In this document: piece after piece, positions 60,577 through 64,000 of the stretch | How the letters are laid out: every line of letters begins with the position of its first letter | Position numbering within the stretch: the first letter of the stretch is position 1 | Source: Promethearchaeota archaeon | Lineage (GTDB): Archaea; Asgardarchaeota; Lokiarchaeia; Sigyniarchaeales; SOKP01 | Direction: 5' to 3' | Assembly (NCBI GenBank): GCA_019058365.1 | Contig: JAHPZE010000003.1 | Coordinates: 64,001 to 128,000 of the forward strand | DNA length: 64,000 bases | Notes under the pieces: model-generated | Told to the model about the DNA's origin: nothing | Database searches by the model: none | The model's input: only the letters and a program-made list of their open reading frames with translations | Program-made: the position numbers and the translations under genes

Positions 60577-61311
60577 CTATTTTTTGTATAATTCTGTTTT
60601 TAACTCCTCAATAAGATGTGCTTTAATTACTCCATCATTTCTATCATAACCTTCACACACTACAGTTCTTACTCCGATAATATCTGGTGAAATATCATTT
60701 ATTAAAGGAATATCTTTCTTCCTTAAATTCCCCGCTAATGCAACTTCAAGATCATATTCTTTCGCTTTATCTTTAAATTGAATTAATTGATCAAAATTCA
60801 GAAAATCAAATATTCCTTTTCCATCTTTAATGTAAGTATCAAGCATGGCAATATCAGATCTGGATTCTGATGCGATAGTAGGAATACTCATAAATTCTGG
60901 TGAGGATTCCATTCGTATACGATCTGCATATCCCGCTGCAACAATTTTAATATTTTCATTATATTCTCTTACTGCTTTAACAACCTTTTTCATTAAGTAT
61001 ATAGCATCTTTTTCGTTTTTAGGCCCTTTTAATCCAATTTTTATTATATCTGCGCCAGATACTGCTGCTCCTAAAGCGGCTAATGATGCTGAACCGGGTA
61101 GATTCGGAAAATCTCCAATTGTAGCACTTAATAATTGAAAACTCCGGTTGGGAATTAAAAACTTCATTTCTTTAATAATCCAAGGAAAATTTGCTCCTAA
61201 TGACCCCTCCGCTGGATTTTTACAATCAATATAATCTACTTGACTAGCAATAACAATTTTTGCTTCTTCAATCGTTTTAGGACTAATTAAAAGTTTGATA
61301 TTATGGGGCAT
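60577..61311 (-). CDS. mfnB: (5-formylfuran-3-yl)methyl phosphate synthase (methanofuran biosynthesis)
   Basis: LLISP..EEA, DCKNPAEGSLGANFPW, SATIGD, MLDT..KDG, IIGVR. Confidence 0.9.
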   Translation of the reverse strand: MPHNIKLLISPKTIEEAKIVIASQVDYIDCKNPAEGSLGANFPWIIKEMKFLIPNRSFQLLSATIGDFPNLPGSASLAALGAAVSGADIIKIGLKGPKNEKDAIYLMKKVVKAVREYNENIKIVAAGYADRIRMESSPEFMSIPTIASESRSDIAMLDTYIKDGKGIFDFLNFDQLIQFKDKAKEYDLEVALAGNLRKKDIPLINDISPDIIGVRTVVCEGYDRNDGVIKAHLIEELKTELYKK

Positions 61312-61573
61312 TTTGTATCTAATTATAATGTAAAAATATTAAAAAATTTAATTAGGATTGAAATTTAGAAAGTTGGTTCATTTTAAAAAATTGACAAGTT
61401 TACTACTATTGTTCATAGTTATTCTTTATACTGTTTAAGGAGAAAAATATTACTTAAATTTATGATTTATAAAAGGAATAATAAAATCCAAAACATTTAT
61501 TTTTGTATAATTTTATATAAAAATTTATATTAAATCATTTTTATTAAATACAAAAAACAATTTCGAATTTATT

Positions 61574-62101
61574 ATGTCACCTAAAGAAATTACAAAAGTG
61601 GATATAACTAATGAAGTTTTTAAAGAACCAATAGAAGTAATTAATCAATTATCTTCAAACTTAGGGTTAAATTACACTAAAGTTATACAAACTTATGTTA
61701 TGGAAGATCGACGACTAAACTTAACGTTGGAGGATCAAGGTAATAGTTATTTCAAAGGCAAAGTTGTATGGATTGGAAATAAGAAGGATGATACAGAAGG
61801 ATCTATATTTTGTGTCGATACAAGAGAAGAATTGAAACAAATTAGTCCTACTGCAGAGAACACTGAAAGTGTAATATTAGATATTAAAAAAGAATTAATA
61901 AAAGTGTCTACTGCATCAAAAACCAAATGTTCTGTTTGTGGAAAAAATATAGAGATTTTTGATGAGGTTACTGGCTGTCCTATTTGCGAAGCAAAAGCAC
62001 ATCGAGAGCATTTAACAGATTGGGTTAGAATGAAACATACATGTCCAATTTGTAAGAAATCCTTAAACGTTTCGAGTACTGGTGTTATTTTTATCGATTG
62101 A
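61574..62101 (+). CDS. Protein with C-terminal RING-like zinc finger
   Basis: CSVC...CPIC...HREH..W....CPIC. Confidence 0.75.
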   Translation: MSPKEITKVDITNEVFKEPIEVINQLSSNLGLNYTKVIQTYVMEDRRLNLTLEDQGNSYFKGKVVWIGNKKDDTEGSIFCVDTREELKQISPTAENTESVILDIKKELIKVSTASKTKCSVCGKNIEIFDEVTGCPICEAKAHREHLTDWVRMKHTCPICKKSLNVSSTGVIFID

Positions 62102-62111
62102 TTCCAAAAAA

Positions 62112-62858
62112 CTAATGGAAAGGTCTTAATTTTTCAATATCTATTGTTCCATCATATAAAGCAGTTGCGATTAATATACCCGAGAAGTTTTGTTCTTTAT
62201 AATCTAAAATATCCCTATAATTTTTGATCCCTCCACCAACGAAGATATTTCCAGTAAAATTATGTAATAGATCTAAATAGAGTTGTGGAATTCCTCCAAT
62301 TTTCTGACCAACTCTAAATAAATCTAATAGAATGATATTTTTAATACCTAGAGATTCAATTCTTTTTATGAGGTTAAACGGATTTTGAGTTTTTATATCC
62401 TTTGCACTTGATAAGATCTGTCCATTATACATATCAATACTTATTATTATTTTATTACGATCTAAGATTTGTAAACTTTGATTAATAAGTTTAAAACTTT
62501 TAATAGTTTCTAATCCTAAAATTAGACTTTTAATTTTAAATCTTGAGAAAAGATAAATATCTTCAAGATTAACAATTCCAGGATCCAGTATTATATTCAT
62601 ATCTGAAATATCTAAAATTTGTTTTAAAATTGGATAATTTGGGGTTTTATTTATTATAGAATCTAAATCTGCGATATAAAATTCATTAAAATCATACTTT
62701 TTTTTAAATAGTTGAATAATCTCAACTGGGTTAGATGACTGAAATAAATTTGATTTTAAAGGATTGTATTTAGTTCTTTCCCCCTTTATGGCATGAACTG
62801 CCTTAGAATTTAAAATATCTATAACGGGTATGATTTTAAATCTTGTCATTTGCACCAT
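62112..62858 (-). CDS. HisA/HisF-related TIM-barrel protein (C1/methanopterin-associated type)
   Basis: IIPVIDI...AVHA..GER..Y.P, YIADLDSI, LDLFRVG, VGGGI. Confidence 0.82.
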   Translation of the reverse strand: MVQMTRFKIIPVIDILNSKAVHAIKGERTKYNPLKSNLFQSSNPVEIIQLFKKKYDFNEFYIADLDSIINKTPNYPILKQILDISDMNIILDPGIVNLEDIYLFSRFKIKSLILGLETIKSFKLINQSLQILDRNKIIISIDMYNGQILSSAKDIKTQNPFNLIKRIESLGIKNIILLDLFRVGQKIGGIPQLYLDLLHNFTGNIFVGGGIKNYRDILDYKEQNFSGILIATALYDGTIDIEKLRPFH

Positions 62859-63069
62859 TAAAACTTAATTAATAGAAATCTTAGAGAATATAAGATTATC
62901 AATTATCTCCTTGTAATTACCCCAATAAAATAACTTTGAAAAATTACCTTTATTTAATACTCTTTAATTTTAAAAGAATATCTTTTTTTAATTACAATTA
63001 AATAATTTTTTTTTTAAATAATCTCTACTAGAATATTTTTAATACAAGAGTAATTTTTTTGTGATTGAA

Positions 63070-64000
63070 ATGAAAACTGAGATTTATGTAAATAAAATTA
63101 TAGAGAATACGGGTTTAGCAAGAAAGGAGATCCAAAATTTAGTTGAAGATAAGAAAAATGAATTAAAGGGATTGATTTCTGATGAAGGCGCTTTATTTAT
63201 CATAGCTAAAGAGTTGGGAGTCGACATTAAAAATGAAGATAAAGATCTGTTAAAAGAAATTGAAATTTATATTTCTGATATTACTCAAAATATGAAAAAC
63301 ATAACATTATTCGGTAGAATCAAGGATATCTATAATGTTAATAGTTTTAATAAGAATGATGGAAGCAAGGGTTTTGTTGGCTCTTTTCTACTACATGATA
63401 CTACGGGAGATGCTCGAATCGTACTCTGGGATGATCAAGTAAAAGTTTTTAACGAATCTAATTTTGAAAAAAATGAACTTGTTAAAATTGTTAATGGAAA
63501 CGCAAAAAAAGGAAAATTTGGAGATATTGAAATACATGTAGGAAGTTATGGAAAAGTTATTTTATCTCCTGAAGATGTCGACTATAATAAATATCCCAAA
63601 ATAACATTTAAATCTATTAATATAAAAGATATTAATTTAAATCTTAGATCTTTATCCATAGAAGGAAAAATAATTCAAATTTCACCAATAAGAGAATTTA
63701 CTCGAAAGGATGGCGAATTTGGAAGAGTTGGATCGTTAACATTATTAGATACTACGGGATCAATTAAAATTACCTTTTGGAATGAAGACACAGAAAAATT
63801 AAATAAATTAGAAATTAGTGATATTGTATTGGTAACTAATTTAAATCCTCGATTAAGCACACTGGATTCGAAAACAATTGATTTAAATGCAAGTAAAAAT
63901 ACAAAAATTACTAAAAAAAATAAAGATCTCAATATTGAAGGAGAAGTTATTAAAAATATAAAAGCGCTGCAGAATAGTAAAGGAGTTGTTACATTTAAGG
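63070..64000 (+). CDS. Replication protein A large subunit (multi-OB fold), truncated by window end; not in ORF track
   Basis: Open frame MKTEIYV...GLISDEGALFIIAKELGV...LHDTTGDARIVLWDD...LLDTTGSIKITFWNE. Confidence 0.88.
   Translation, partial: MKTEIYVNKIIENTGLARKEIQNLVEDKKNELKGLISDEGALFIIAKELGVDIKNEDKDLLKEIEIYISDITQNMKNITLFGRIKDIYNVNSFNKNDGSKGFVGSFLLHDTTGDARIVLWDDQVKVFNESNFEKNELVKIVNGNAKKGKFGDIEIHVGSYGKVILSPEDVDYNKYPKITFKSINIKDINLNLRSLSIEGKIIQISPIREFTRKDGEFGRVGSLTLLDTTGSIKITFWNEDTEKLNKLEISDIVLVTNLNPRLSTLDSKTIDLNASKNTKITKKNKDLNIEGEVIKNIKALQNSKGVVTFK

Overview
This is a low-GC archaeal chromosome segment, very likely Asgard (Lokiarchaeia/Promethearchaeia). Support: three Rab-like small GTPases, a profilin-like protein, a longin/uDENN-like protein, a RING-finger protein, archaeal information genes (aRF1, aIF2-beta, NMD3, Rio1, Dim2, TFB, Rpo12, RPA) and an unlinked 23S rRNA gene with very large expansion segments. 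Layout: 1-17 kb holds metabolic and accessory genes plus a few decayed fragments. About 17.3-30 kb is an accessory tract directly downstream of the minus-strand 23S gene (~30045-34212). About 35-64 kb is mostly conserved housekeeping, including CoA biosynthesis, ribosome biogenesis, FtsZ, methanofuran-related genes and two intron-containing tRNAs. The 23S gene has a 777-nt BHB-type intron encoding a LAGLIDADG homing endonuclease, a ~30-nt insert in H91, and enlarged ES39 and ES9 segments. The main observation is that the 13-kb tract downstream of 23S contains about nine same-orientation relic copies of the gene's own 3' end/trailer, with core GAACATACTCC complementary to the 23S 5' leader. Most copies share the terminator end and are truncated to different lengths at the rRNA side. 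Unrelated cargo genes lie between them, several with stop codons flush against a relic. This resembles an rRNA-anchored, serial gene-capture array with no integrase in the window. All product calls come from motif recognition by eye; no database searches were run.
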